Of a stretch of 42,692 nt of DNA, positions 27,411 through 36,827 are shown one piece after another. A model generated the notes under the pieces. The model ran no database searches. It worked only from the letters and a program-made list of their open reading frames with translations, and was not told the origin of the DNA. Made by a program: the position numbers and the translations under genes. The stretch is from a virus (lineage: Duplodnaviria > Caudoviricetes), in IMG/VR virus record IMGVR_UViG_3300021082_000014, positions 1 through 42,692 of that record; one strand, 5' to 3'. Position 1 is the stretch's first letter, and each line of letters starts with the position of its first letter.

Positions 27411-29341
27411 GCGCCTGGCCCTCCGACGACCTGCTGGTATGGTGGCGGAGCGACGCCAGCCCCATTTGGTGCCGCGGCGAGCGCGCCCAGGTCTGGCACG
27501 CCACCCATGCCTGGGCCGCCGCCTTCAAACACGCCAGGCTGGGGCGCCCCGGGTTGCCCACCTGCGGGTAGGCCAGGCTGGCCCTGGGCGTTGAGTTGGC
27601 CTTCGAGCGCAAGCTGTTCCGCCTGTTGGCCCTTGGCCAGCATGTCGCCACGGCCGGCCATCATGAAGACCTGGCTGTCCAGCCACTGCTGGTACTGCGG
27701 CGACTGGCGGATGCGGTCGCGGGCCTTGCTGCGGCGGATCTCGTCGGGGTTGTCGCCCAGGTACTCGACGGCTTCGTCCTGGCCCCACGTGCCGGCCGCC
27801 AGGCGCTCGTGGGCATAGCGAGCCTTGATCATGTCGTCGGTCGGCAGCGCCTGCTGCACTTCCCAGACGATGCGAACGGGCCGCTTGTTGTCCTCGGGAC
27901 CGATGCCGATGTAGCCGCTGGGGTTGTCCTCCGCGGTGTAGCCGACCCAGACCTTCTCCTTGACCTTGTACGTGATCAGGTCCCACAGCTTCTCGGTCTG
28001 GCCCTTCAGGAAGGCCGCCAGGCCGTTGCTGACCGGCGCCACGCGGGTGCGGGAGTAGCTGAGGACCTGGCTGATGGCGAAGCCGGCGCCCTCCATGCCG
28101 CTGAGCGTGGTGACCCTGGGGCTTTCAAGCTGGCTGATCGCGTTGTCGATCAACTGCATGTGCTTTTCCAGGGTCTGCGCATCGGGGTAGTCAATCCGCT
28201 GCAACTGCCGCCCCGGGGCCAGGTTGATCACCTCGCCAGGCAGCGGGCCAGGGTCGCGGTCACGCGGCTTGCCGTCGTTGCCGATGACCGGCGCGGCGCT
28301 GGACTCGCCGTAGTTGACCAGCGGCGACAGCAGGTCCCTCGCCACGTACTGGGCGTGCATCGCCCGCAGGTACTGGCGGTACTGGACCAGCCACAGCTTC
28401 GTCTGCGAGATGCCCCAGCCCACTTTGCGGTTCTTCCAGTGGTTCATCCACAGGCCCGGGGCGAAGTCATACGGCACGCCAAAGGGGTAGCCATGGCGAA
28501 ACTGTTTGACGATCTTGCTGGTCGGCGTCCCCGAGTAGTTGCTGCCTGAGACCGCCCAGCTACACCACAACTCGTCCCAGTGCTCGATCAGTTCGATGCT
28601 GCTGGGCAGGACCTTGGTGTTGTTCTCGCCCTGCGGCTGCCCAAGCTCCTCGGGTACGAGGTTGCCGTCGGCGTCCAGGCCCAGGCGGTAGCGGCGCAAG
28701 GTGGACCGCAGCGGGCGTTCGGTGACTTCGAGGACCTCGCACAGGCGCCCGCCCGACCACACCGGGTAGATCGTGCGGGCGTCGACCGCCATCCAGGCGA
28801 ATGGCGGGCCAGCCTGTTTCTTGGCGTCCTCGGTGCTCTGGTCGTAGTCGTCGTAGTCGCTGTCCTTGGCGTTTTTGCCTGGCGTGGGGATGCTGTAGCG
28901 GCGGTCCCAGGCATCGCGGTTGTAGAGGATCTTGCCCCAGCCGCCACCGTCGTTCAGGGCCGCGTCGGTGACCGCGTTCATCGTGTCCTGGCCGGGCTCC
29001 CTGGTGGCCAGTTCCCACAGCGTGCTGGTGGTGAACTTCTCGCGCAGGCTGGCGTTGGTCTGGGCGTTGTCGCTCTCGCCCGTCTTGAGCGCCAGGACCG
29101 GCCGCTCCAGGGTCATCATCGCCGTCTGCTGGAAGGCCTCCTCGGTGATGTCGGGGTCGCGTGGGTCGACGTTCACCAGGGTGTACTTGGCGTCCGCGCC
29201 ACTCATCGCCGGGACCTTCATCTCGCGCTGGTCGCGGTAGTTGTCAAGCTGGGTGTCGTCGTCGATGTACAGGTCGTGCAGTTCCGACTGCAGATGCTGC
29301 AAGTACTCTCGGCTGGGCGCCGCAACCTTCTTCTCAGCCAT
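27407..29341 (-). CDS. Portal protein
   Basis: 644 aa downstream of TerL; DAALNDGGGWGKI, VDARTIYP, IELIEHWD, HGYPFGVPY...GWGI; Gln/Pro/Gly-rich tail. Confidence 0.8.
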   Translation of the reverse strand: MAEKKVAAPSREYLQHLQSELHDLYIDDDTQLDNYRDQREMKVPAMSGADAKYTLVNVDPRDPDITEEAFQQTAMMTLERPVLALKTGESDNAQTNASLREKFTTSTLWELATREPGQDTMNAVTDAALNDGGGWGKILYNRDAWDRRYSIPTPGKNAKDSDYDDYDQSTEDAKKQAGPPFAWMAVDARTIYPVWSGGRLCEVLEVTERPLRSTLRRYRLGLDADGNLVPEELGQPQGENNTKVLPSSIELIEHWDELWCSWAVSGSNYSGTPTSKIVKQFRHGYPFGVPYDFAPGLWMNHWKNRKVGWGISQTKLWLVQYRQYLRAMHAQYVARDLLSPLVNYGESSAAPVIGNDGKPRDRDPGPLPGEVINLAPGRQLQRIDYPDAQTLEKHMQLIDNAISQLESPRVTTLSGMEGAGFAISQVLSYSRTRVAPVSNGLAAFLKGQTEKLWDLITYKVKEKVWVGYTAEDNPSGYIGIGPEDNKRPVRIVWEVQQALPTDDMIKARYAHERLAAGTWGQDEAVEYLGDNPDEIRRSKARDRIRQSPQYQQWLDSQVFMMAGRGDMLAKGQQAEQLALEGQLNAQGQPGLPAGGQPGAPQPGVFEGGGPGMGGVPDLGALAAAPNGAGVAPPPYQQVVGGPGA

Positions 29342-29963
29342 GCTGCAGCCAGGTCCGCCAGACGTGCATCAGGTCACTCTGCCGACTCATGGGCACCTCG
29401 TGCGGCCCGAAGCGTTGCCCGGTGACGCTCAGGAAGCGGTGGTGGTCGTACATCTCGACCCAGCCGCGGCGGCGCCGCCCCTCGGGCAAGTGGCCCTTGA
29501 CGAAGATGCGCACGCCATCACCCCCGGGGGACGTCTCGGTGTAGCTGTCCAGGCTGGCGATGATGCGGTCCGCCTCCGCCTGGTGCTGGCTCACGTGATC
29601 GAGATCAACGCCCACGAGGCCCCAGCGCGGGTCAACGCAGAAGCTGAGGCCGTCCCAGTCCTCGTCACCGCTGCTGAAGCTGTACGCCGCCCAGCAGTCG
29701 TCGAAGCTGGCCCACGTCGACTCGTCGCGGCCGTCCGCAGGCTCGCCGTTCGGCTGGCTGGGTGGCTTTGACCAGGCGCCCTTGGCGTCCTGGGCGTACT
29801 TCCAGACCGCCCACGCGCGCTGGTGGCGCAGGCTGGGCGGGATGTTCCAGCGATTGACCGGCAACACGCCGCCCTTGGGCGGACCCTTCCAGGGCCGCGG
29901 CTGCTCCGCGCCGGCGAGCGTCTGGAGCCACCTGGGGAGCGGTGGCCGGACCAGCGGGCTCAT
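29334..29963 (-). CDS. Stand-alone NrS-1-like primase-polymerase (AEP) catalytic domain
   Basis: IPPSLR..RAWAVW...KPP...DESTWASF...DGLSF...LVGVDLDH...SYTETSPGGDGVRIF...VEMYD..RFLSVTG. Confidence 0.85.
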   Translation of the reverse strand: MSPLVRPPLPRWLQTLAGAEQPRPWKGPPKGGVLPVNRWNIPPSLRHQRAWAVWKYAQDAKGAWSKPPSQPNGEPADGRDESTWASFDDCWAAYSFSSGDEDWDGLSFCVDPRWGLVGVDLDHVSQHQAEADRIIASLDSYTETSPGGDGVRIFVKGHLPEGRRRRGWVEMYDHHRFLSVTGQRFGPHEVPMSRQSDLMHVWRTWLQHG

Positions 29964-29980
29964 TGGGCGGGAGTGTACGC
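29964..29980 (-). promoter_or_regulatory. Possible -10 box (TACACT) for near-leaderless expression of the orphan primase-polymerase
   Basis: TACACT lies 8 nt before ATG 29963; the 17-nt gap has no SD. Confidence 0.3.
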
Positions 29981-31237
29981 CTAGCGCGAGAAGGCGTACT
30001 TCGTCGTGGTGCTGGCCGGCGCCTGAGCCGCCCCCAGGTTGGCCAGGTAGAGCGCCGTCACGGTGTCGTCGTGGAGCCCCTCGGGGGCGCCATACTTGAC
30101 CATGCCGGTCGGTGTGCGGCTGGACTCGTAGGCCTTCAGTTCCCCCGCCTGGACGGGCTCGTCCAGCAGGGTCACGTCACCGTTCTCGATGACGAGCACG
30201 AGGGCCTCGACGGCGGCGCCTTTGCTGGCGTTCGTCGCTGTCCAGCCGTAGACCGGCAACGCCGGCTGGGGCTTGCCGACCAGGGGCTGGTAGCCCCGCT
30301 GGAGACGCTCGACCAGCGGCCCGCCCATGCTGTTGGCCTCGGCCACGATCAGCCGCGGGCGGTACAGGCTGTACCAGCGATGCAGGCGGGAGACCTGCAG
30401 GTCGTAGCTGACCTCGGTCATGCGGTCCAGCGCCACCTGCTCCATGAGCGTCGCGTCCATGATGCTGAACACGGTGAAGTCGCCGCTGCGGGCCCAGTCG
30501 ACGCCCATGACGTAGCTGTGACCGGGGCGGGGCGGCTCAGGCTTGAGGCGAGCGACCGCATCGACACCCCGGAACACGCCCAGCCCGGTCAGGTTCAAGA
30601 ATAGGGCCAGGACCTCCTGGGCGAACTCCCGCTCGCTCATCGTGGCCCGCGTCGCCTCGATCTCGCTCTTGGCGATGTACGGGTTGGCCATGGTTGGCAT
30701 CTGCCAGGCCATCCAGTCCGGCGCCAGCGGATCGATGCCGCGCTGGTACAGCCCGTAGAAGTCGTTCAGGCCCTTGGGCGTGCTCAGGAACCAGGCGTCC
30801 CCGATCAGGTCCATCAGCGTCGGCCGCAGGGCCAGGTTCCATGTCGACAGCAGGCTGGGCACCATCGCCGCCTCGTCGACGATCAGCCGCGCGTACTTGC
30901 GCCCGCGGGCCGGATCGGGCCCATCCAGCGACCAGCACTCGACCGTGCCGCCGGTGATCAACTCCAGGCGGTACTCGGTCTCCAGCTTGCGCCGGGTGAC
31001 GGGCGCCAGGGTGTGCTGGATGGTCCGCCAGAACTCGCTCAGCAGGCGGTACGTGGGCGCCAGGTAGGCCGCCGGCTGGCCAGCCAGGCTGGTCTCGACC
31101 AGCAGGTGCTGGGCCAGCGTGCTCTTGCCCGTCCGCCGCCCCAGGTCGACGACGTTGAAGCGCCGCCGTTCGGCCAGGATCTGCTGCTGGGCCGCATGCG
31201 GCCGCGGCAGCTTGACGACGATCTCAGTGCTGGCCAT
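29981..31237 (-). CDS. terL: Terminase large subunit
   Basis: PHAAQ; Walker A GRRTGKS; Walker B LIVDEAA; LSTPKG; nuclease GVDWARSGDFT and HDDTVTAL. Confidence 0.95.
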   Translation of the reverse strand: MASTEIVVKLPRPHAAQQQILAERRRFNVVDLGRRTGKSTLAQHLLVETSLAGQPAAYLAPTYRLLSEFWRTIQHTLAPVTRRKLETEYRLELITGGTVECWSLDGPDPARGRKYARLIVDEAAMVPSLLSTWNLALRPTLMDLIGDAWFLSTPKGLNDFYGLYQRGIDPLAPDWMAWQMPTMANPYIAKSEIEATRATMSEREFAQEVLALFLNLTGLGVFRGVDAVARLKPEPPRPGHSYVMGVDWARSGDFTVFSIMDATLMEQVALDRMTEVSYDLQVSRLHRWYSLYRPRLIVAEANSMGGPLVERLQRGYQPLVGKPQPALPVYGWTATNASKGAAVEALVLVIENGDVTLLDEPVQAGELKAYESSRTPTGMVKYGAPEGLHDDTVTALYLANLGAAQAPASTTTKYAFSR

Positions 31238-31598
31238 TGGCGGGGACGTCAATCACCCGCGCGGCCGATAGCTCCGGGACCGTCTCGTACTCGACGCGGA
31301 CCAGCATCTGGCTCTCGCTCTTGATCACCTCGACGGCCTTGTAGCCGGTGCGGTCGAGGATGTCCTTGGCCGCCATCAGTGCCACGCCCGGCTGCTTGTG
31401 GCCGATTAAGCTGCCCATGCGGGTGATCGCCGGGTCAACCAGGGCGGCCAGTCGTTCCCGCGCGTTCTCTTTGACGTGTGGCGCTGAGCCGCCGTGCATG
31501 CGGCACACGGTCCCGCCGCGGATCGCCGGATTCTGACACGGCAGCTTGCTGTGCCTGTTATGGGCGCTGCACTTGCGGCGGGTGTGCGGCAGGCTCAC
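31224..31598 (-). CDS. Putative terminase small subunit with HGG-type Cys/His motif
   Basis: CSAH...PCQNPAIRGGTVCRMHGGS; AAKDILDRTG; overlaps terL. Confidence 0.75.
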   Translation of the reverse strand: MSLPHTRRKCSAHNRHSKLPCQNPAIRGGTVCRMHGGSAPHVKENARERLAALVDPAITRMGSLIGHKQPGVALMAAKDILDRTGYKAVEVIKSESQMLVRVEYETVPELSAARVIDVPANGQH

Positions 31599-31831
31599 GC
31601 GGCCTCTTTGTGCTTACGCACCTTCGCTTTAGCGGCTTTGGGCGGCTTGCGAAACCTTTGCAGACCACCCAGCTTCTCGACCAGGGCGCGCGCCTCAGCC
31701 TCCGCGCCAGCCAGGTTGCTGGCCCAGCCGTAGGCCGTGTGGTCGCACAGCCACAGTTGGTCGGTGATCTGGACCATCTCGCAGCCATGGGGGCAGGCGC
31801 TGTCGCGCTTGGTGCCGACGATTTGTCGCAT
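31595..31831 (-). CDS. Small basic Cys-containing protein (78 aa)
   Basis: SD GGAGG before ATG 31831; CPHGC...LWLCDH; Lys-rich tail. Confidence 0.65.
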   Translation of the reverse strand: MRQIVGTKRDSACPHGCEMVQITDQLWLCDHTAYGWASNLAGAEAEARALVEKLGGLQRFRKPPKAAKAKVRKHKEAA

Positions 31832-31847
31832 GCTGGCCTCCGCGAGC

Positions 31848-32663
31848 TTAGCCGACCCAGGGGTCGAACTCAGGCTGTTTGAGCCTGATGAACGGCGGCT
31901 TGTCGGTCGGACAGACGTGCTCGTGGCTCCACTTCGAGCCGCACTCATAGCACGCCGGGTGCTTGCCGTTGCACGTGAAACGCCCCGCGTAGGCCTCGAC
32001 GACGATGGGCCTGGCACGGTCCCAGAACGGCCCGAACGAGTTCTCCAGGGTCCGCGGGCTGTCGAAGACCTGCAGGCTGCCGAGGGCCCGATTCAGCACG
32101 ATGTACTGGAACCGCGCCGCGACCCCGAACTGGTGGTTGACGGCCCACAGGTAGATCGCCGGCTGCCACAGTTCCTTCGCCACGCGGTCTGGTCCCCAGG
32201 TCCCCAGGCTGGTCTTGAAGTCATAGACCACGGGGCCAGACGGGTGGTCCAGATCCAGCAAGTCGATGGCGCCGACGGTGGCCGCCCCCAGGCTGGCGTC
32301 GCTGGGGATGCTGAAGACCCATTCACTGCGGCCTTTCAGGCCCAGGTGCTGGACCTGCTCCAACAGGTCGATGGCGCCGCTGACGACGCCCGGCGGGATA
32401 GGTTGGCCCCACCAGGCGTACGCATGCTTCAAATGGCCTCTGAGAGCGCGCTCAGCGTCGTGGCCGGCGTACAGGTCCTCCAGGGCCAGGTGCATCGCTT
32501 GGCCATATGCCAGCGGCTCTGAGGGCTCAATTTCGCTATGCCGGACATAGCGGTCGGCAAAGACCCCGGGGCACTGGTCCCAGGCCATGAAGCGGGAGGC
32601 CGACCAGTGGGGATAGACCAGGCTGTCGGCCGGCTGGTCGAGGACGTTGACGGGCTGACTCAC
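31848..32663 (-). CDS. PD-(D/E)xK RecB/Cas4-like exonuclease
   Basis: WSASRF..WDQCP; GQAMHLALE; GAIDLL; VYDFKT; QPAIY; C-terminal Cys cluster; GTGA-coupled start. Confidence 0.85.
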   Translation of the reverse strand: MSQPVNVLDQPADSLVYPHWSASRFMAWDQCPGVFADRYVRHSEIEPSEPLAYGQAMHLALEDLYAGHDAERALRGHLKHAYAWWGQPIPPGVVSGAIDLLEQVQHLGLKGRSEWVFSIPSDASLGAATVGAIDLLDLDHPSGPVVYDFKTSLGTWGPDRVAKELWQPAIYLWAVNHQFGVAARFQYIVLNRALGSLQVFDSPRTLENSFGPFWDRARPIVVEAYAGRFTCNGKHPACYECGSKWSHEHVCPTDKPPFIRLKQPEFDPWVG

Positions 32664-32923
32664 TGCAGGGCCTCGCGGACGGTTTCCATCTGCGCCCGCA
32701 GGTGATCGCGCTCGACGCGCAGTTCCAACATGCTCGCATTGCAACGTTCATACGCGGCCAACTGCGCGTGATGCGCCTCCTTCCACTGCTCGATCTCGGC
32801 GCGCAGTGCCTCATAGGCGTCCGCGAGCGGCAGGGCGTACAGTCGCCCGCCTTCGTCATCGCACGTGTTGGCCCAGCGGCGAACCTCCCCGAGGGCCACA
32901 TCACCTAGTGGTTTGGTCGTCAT
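32660..32923 (-). CDS. Hypothetical coiled-coil protein (87 aa)
   Basis: Coupled ORF. Confidence 0.7.
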   Translation of the reverse strand: MTTKPLGDVALGEVRRWANTCDDEGGRLYALPLADAYEALRAEIEQWKEAHHAQLAAYERCNASMLELRVERDHLRAQMETVREALQ

Positions 32924-32932
32924 ATCAAACAG

Positions 32933-33055
32933 CTAGCTCCCCCAAAGCCGCCGAACCCAGCCTGGGAACAGGCGGGTCAGCACCGTGTGGATCAACGGCA
33001 CGCTGGCGTAGGCCAGTCCGACACCGAGCAGGAACGAATCCCAATCAACGCTCAT
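32933..33055 (-). CDS. Small membrane protein (40 aa)
   Basis: MSVDWDSFLLGVGLAYASVPLIHTVL; fills the gap between neighbours. Confidence 0.55.
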   Translation of the reverse strand: MSVDWDSFLLGVGLAYASVPLIHTVLTRLFPGWVRRLWGS

Positions 33056-33437
33056 GAGGTCGCTCAAGTGCCTCCTGTGCCCATCGGACGTACTGGTCGG
33101 CATGCGCCGAGTCATCTGCAATCAGAAACAGAACCGCCCGCAGCCGCTCCAGATGATCGCGCTCGACCTCAACGATGCCGAGCCGCGCGCGCAGGGCCTT
33201 GATCTCCAGATCCTTGTTGGCGTTGGACTGGGTCAGGTTCTCGACCGCCTGCTGATAGACCACCTCGCCCTGCACCGCCCGCTGCTGGCGCGCGTCGACG
33301 ATCTGCTGCTTCTGGTTGTCCAACCGGCGCAGGTCGGTCTGCAACAAGGTGATCGCCGCCGCCATCTCGTCGAGACGCTTGTAGATCCAGCGGATCGGCG
33401 GCGAGGCCTCGTGGTCGGGGATGTCCATGTCGGGCAT
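33045..33437 (-). CDS. Hypothetical coiled-coil protein (130 aa)
   Basis: TGATG-coupled start MPDMDIP. Confidence 0.7.
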   Translation of the reverse strand: MPDMDIPDHEASPPIRWIYKRLDEMAAAITLLQTDLRRLDNQKQQIVDARQQRAVQGEVVYQQAVENLTQSNANKDLEIKALRARLGIVEVERDHLERLRAVLFLIADDSAHADQYVRWAQEALERPHER

Positions 33438-33700
33438 CAGTCGTCGTCCTGGGCCGGGGCAGCTTCCGCGGCAGCCTTGACCTCGGCCGCCCACTTCGAG
33501 CGGTAGGCCGACTGGTTGCCGCGGGGGTCACCGATGCGGGCCCAGTAGTCGAACCGCTCCTGCATCGCGTGCTGGCGGTAGCCGGTCGGCGCGTCGTCCT
33601 TGTGGATGCTCAGCCACTCCCCCGTCTCGGGGTCCTGAATGTTGAGGTAGCCGAACTCTCTGGCCCAGCGGGCCCGCGGCGGGAAGGGGGCTTTGCTCAT
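33437..33700 (-). CDS. Hypothetical protein (87 aa, MSKAPFPP...)
   Basis: ATGA overlap with the upstream stop; GGAGG upstream. Confidence 0.7.
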   Translation of the reverse strand: MSKAPFPPRARWAREFGYLNIQDPETGEWLSIHKDDAPTGYRQHAMQERFDYWARIGDPRGNQSAYRSKWAAEVKAAAEAAPAQDDD

Positions 33701-34011
33701 GTCCCAGGCCCCTCCTCCATGGCCGGCCAGTCCGCGGGGATGTTGCCGGCACGCCGGATGTAGCGCCCCAGGCAACCAATGTGGTCCTCGATGCAGCACG
33801 GGAAGTTGCCCGGCTGCGTCAACAGATCGCGCACCAGGCCATACAGCAGCCGCTCCTCCGCCGCCACCGCCCGGGCCACCGCAGCTTCGAATAACCAGCC
33901 CTCTCCCGGCCCCTCCAGAATCTGCGCCTGGGCCGCCAGATACTCCTGCGCCGCGGGCACAACACGCTCCGTCCAATGGACCTCGTCGTTGTCCATGATG
34001 TCTATCGCCAC
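33697..34011 (-). CDS. Hypothetical protein (104 aa)
   Basis: Follows the primase-helicase gene. Confidence 0.65.
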   Translation of the reverse strand: MAIDIMDNDEVHWTERVVPAAQEYLAAQAQILEGPGEGWLFEAAVARAVAAEERLLYGLVRDLLTQPGNFPCCIEDHIGCLGRYIRRAGNIPADWPAMEEGPGT

Positions 34012-34015
34012 GGTC

Positions 34016-36097
34016 CTATTCTAGCTCCATTTCAGTCTGGTCTGTGCCCCGTCCCGGAACCCCGTCTAAGCCCTCCCCCTCCGGGGGGTTGGGGGAGCTA
34101 GACGAGGTTCGCAATCCGGAGGGCAGCCAGAACACCGTCGGGGGTGGCCCCGAGACACCGTTGCGGGGGCCGGGGCCTGTCTCGACCTGGCCCAGCGCGA
34201 CCCGATTCTTCAACTCCGCCCGGGTGGCCACGTCCTGGCCATGGATATGCCTGGCCAGGACCAGCAGCGTCACGCCGGTGTCGGCGTCATGACAACCCAG
34301 ATCCCACAGCGCGTCGGCAAGCTGGTCCCACAGCGGGCGGCGGTCGTGGCTGGGTGGTGTCACCGTGACCCGCGGGGCGTCGTCGCCGCGGGCCTGGTAG
34401 TCGCCCTCGCGCAGCGTCAGGCCCAACCAGGCGGGCGTCTCCGACAGGCGGCCCTTGCCCTTCAGGTCGCGCGCCGGTTGGGCGCCGTCGGGGTCGCCCT
34501 TGACGTAGTCGAGGTCGAGCAGGATGTCGGCCGCGCCGGCGTAGGCGCTGGAGCCGCGGCCGGCCTGGCCCACAGGTCCACCCGACTTGCGGCCGTGGCG
34601 CAGGTACAGCACGGCGTAGCCGTCGTTGGCCAGCTTGCGTAGCTCGCGCATGGCCTCCTGGGCATCGCCGGCGTCGTTCTCGTCGTCGATGCCGGCCAGC
34701 ATGCTCAGGGTGTCGATGACGATCAGATCGACCTGGCGCAGCTTGGCCCGCTGGCGCAGGGTGCGCACGATGGTCTTCCAGGGATAGGTCCCCAGCCTGG
34801 TCTGAGGGACCATGAAGAAGCTCTCGTCGAGGTCGATGACGCCCCATCGCTCCGCCGCCGCGCGGAAGCTGCCGACGCCCTCCTCGGTGACGTACAGGAT
34901 GGTCCCGGTGGTCATCTTCAGGCCGCAGAATTCGGCCGCGCCGGTGGCCATTGCGCGGCTCAAACACAGCGCCAGGCTGGTCTTGCCGACCTTGGGATAG
35001 GCCGTCAACTCCGTTACCAGTCCTTTACCGACGAGGCCATGGCAGACCCAGTCGATCTGCTCCGAGACCAGGCTCCGAAGCTCCGCCATGGTCATCTCTT
35101 GAAACAGGCTATCGGCCCCAACCGAACCCTGTCCGGCCGTTTCGGCCCCAGGGATTTGGGCTGACGAGGTTCCTGGACGGGGTTCTCCGTCACCATCCAG
35201 ACGTCCCGAGAGCTTCTCGTCGGGCGGGTTGATGGCGTATTTCGCGGCGCTGTGAGCGATCCGCAAGACGTCCGCGAGCGTTACCGGAGGTTTACAAAAC
35301 TCACTGTTGATGGCCTCCAGACGGAGGCCAATCTCGTACTCCTCCAGACCATCCTCGCCGCGCAGCCGACCCGCGATGGACATCAACGTGTTGTCCCGGG
35401 TGCCCTCTGGAATGTCGGTCATCGGCCGCCAGCCGTAGGTCCCCTGACCCGCCAGGCCAGCGATCCGCGCGACCGCGACCTCGCGCTCGCCACCCAGGTC
35501 AATGACCCAGTCGGGCAGCCGCGGCAGATCGGCCAGGCTCTCCTCGTCCAGCGGCCAGGCCCAGCGGTACGTCGCATGGCTGACGTGCTGACTGGGGGGC
35601 AGGATGACGTAGCCGCCCTGGCCGCGGAAGTCGATGCCGCTGCGCTTCGAGAACAGCGTCGGCGCCTCGGCCCGCCAGGCGAAGAAGCGGTGCTGGCCGC
35701 CCACCCGGCCGGTGTAGCTGAATGGCCCGGCCGGCAGTTCGCCCATGTCGTTGGCGGTCCGCACGGCCAGGTCACCATCAAGGTCGACGACCACCACGCC
35801 GGACACCTCGCCGCAGGCCAGACCGATGTTGGCACTGGGCCACTGCCGCCACCACTTCTCCACCTCGGCTTCAGTCGGGACGCGAGCCTGGTACTCGGCC
35901 CACGCCACCAGCGGCGTCTTGCCCATCTTGGTGCAGGTCACGCGCTGCCAGAAGACGCGCTCACCCTGGCGCGTGCGCTCCTGATGGGTGTGCGACACCA
36001 GGGCGGGGCAGACGGGGAAGATCGGCAGGCCCAGGCTGCGGTAGTAGAGGGCCCAATCCAGCAGCGTAACCGGCTGCGGGGTACTATCTGGTTGCAC
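34016..36097 (-). CDS. Bifunctional primase/polymerase + PriCT-1 + AAA_25/RepA-like helicase (693 aa)
   Basis: SD GAGGAG then GTG 36097; ALYY..LGLPIFP, GKTP, ANIGLACG...VVVDLD, TGRVGGQH, IDFRGQGGYVILPPS; IPEGTRDNTL; Walker A AYPKVGKT; LIVIDTL; RHGRK..GRGSSA. Confidence 0.9.
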   Translation of the reverse strand: MQPDSTPQPVTLLDWALYYRSLGLPIFPVCPALVSHTHQERTRQGERVFWQRVTCTKMGKTPLVAWAEYQARVPTEAEVEKWWRQWPSANIGLACGEVSGVVVVDLDGDLAVRTANDMGELPAGPFSYTGRVGGQHRFFAWRAEAPTLFSKRSGIDFRGQGGYVILPPSQHVSHATYRWAWPLDEESLADLPRLPDWVIDLGGEREVAVARIAGLAGQGTYGWRPMTDIPEGTRDNTLMSIAGRLRGEDGLEEYEIGLRLEAINSEFCKPPVTLADVLRIAHSAAKYAINPPDEKLSGRLDGDGEPRPGTSSAQIPGAETAGQGSVGADSLFQEMTMAELRSLVSEQIDWVCHGLVGKGLVTELTAYPKVGKTSLALCLSRAMATGAAEFCGLKMTTGTILYVTEEGVGSFRAAAERWGVIDLDESFFMVPQTRLGTYPWKTIVRTLRQRAKLRQVDLIVIDTLSMLAGIDDENDAGDAQEAMRELRKLANDGYAVLYLRHGRKSGGPVGQAGRGSSAYAGAADILLDLDYVKGDPDGAQPARDLKGKGRLSETPAWLGLTLREGDYQARGDDAPRVTVTPPSHDRRPLWDQLADALWDLGCHDADTGVTLLVLARHIHGQDVATRAELKNRVALGQVETGPGPRNGVSGPPPTVFWLPSGLRTSSSSPNPPEGEGLDGVPGRGTDQTEMELE

Positions 36098-36126
36098 TCT
36101 TTTCTCCTCTGGTTGGGGGAGTTGGG

Positions 36127-36157
36127 AAAGACCGCCCCCTGAACGGGCGGTCTTTTT
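36127..36157. terminator. Intrinsic terminator-like hairpin, possibly bidirectional
   Basis: AAAGACCGCCC-cctgaac-GGGCGGTCTTT followed by TT; intergenic, upstream of the primase gene. Confidence 0.7.
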
Positions 36158-36171
36158 CGTATCTGACGAGG

Positions 36172-36552
36172 TTAGCGGAGTGGTGAGGCCAGTTCGCGCA
36201 GGATGCGCACCTCGTCCCGTGGCCGCCAGATGTCGACGTCGAGCCCGGCCGACGCGAGCAGGGCGATCCAGTGCTTCTGGTGACGACTGGTTTGGCCGGT
36301 TTCGGCCTTCAGTTCGCGGAACATGACCTGGCCATCGCGGGCGAAGACCCAGTCTGGCCAGCCGTAGCCGCACGAGTGGTCCGCGCCGGTCTCGATGCGG
36401 TGGATGCCGCGCACGGCGGCCTCGCTGTAGCGCACGTGGAAGCCGCACCAGCCCCGCTCGCCGGCCCGCGCCAGGACCCAGGTCTCGAACTCGTCCTCGC
36501 CCGCGATCTCGTTCTTCAGGTTGCCGGGCAAATGGGGCCGTCGCGGCATCAA
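36172..36552 (-). CDS. VRR-NUC domain nuclease
   Basis: EDEFE...GWPDWVFAR...FRELKAETGQTSRHQKHW...VDIWRP. Confidence 0.85.
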   Translation of the reverse strand: MMPRRPHLPGNLKNEIAGEDEFETWVLARAGERGWCGFHVRYSEAAVRGIHRIETGADHSCGYGWPDWVFARDGQVMFRELKAETGQTSRHQKHWIALLASAGLDVDIWRPRDEVRILRELASPLR

Positions 36553-36827
36553 GACGGACGCTTGATCCTGACCGGCTCATCCGGGTGGCGAATAGCCAGG
36601 ACATTACCGCAGTCCCCGATCCACTCCATGACCAGGCGCCCCGCCGTCAGGCCGCCGTCCGGACTGCGGCGCTGCTCAAGGCGGGGGACGTGGGCCTCAT
36701 GCCACACCCGGCTGCAGCACCGGTCATCGCCAGGGCACAGTGGCTTGACCTCCCACCAGTCGCCAGTTTTGATCTCCCGCGCCGGGACGACGATAACTGC
36801 AACTTGTGGAATGCGAGCCCGCGGCAC
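36549..36827 (-). CDS. Hypothetical protein (92 aa)
   Basis: Coupled ORF; VPAREIKTGD start. Confidence 0.65.
   Translation of the reverse strand: MPRARIPQVAVIVVPAREIKTGDWWEVKPLCPGDDRCCSRVWHEAHVPRLEQRRSPDGGLTAGRLVMEWIGDCGNVLAIRHPDEPVRIKRPS

Noticed and set aside
31848-32663. Cas4-like nuclease as part of a CRISPR system
   Set aside because: No cas1/cas2 or array; solo nucleases of this type are common in phages.
36098-36604. N-terminal extension of the 862-aa primase ORF
   Set aside because: It overlaps the VRR-NUC gene and crosses a terminator-like hairpin; a good SD supports GTG 36097.
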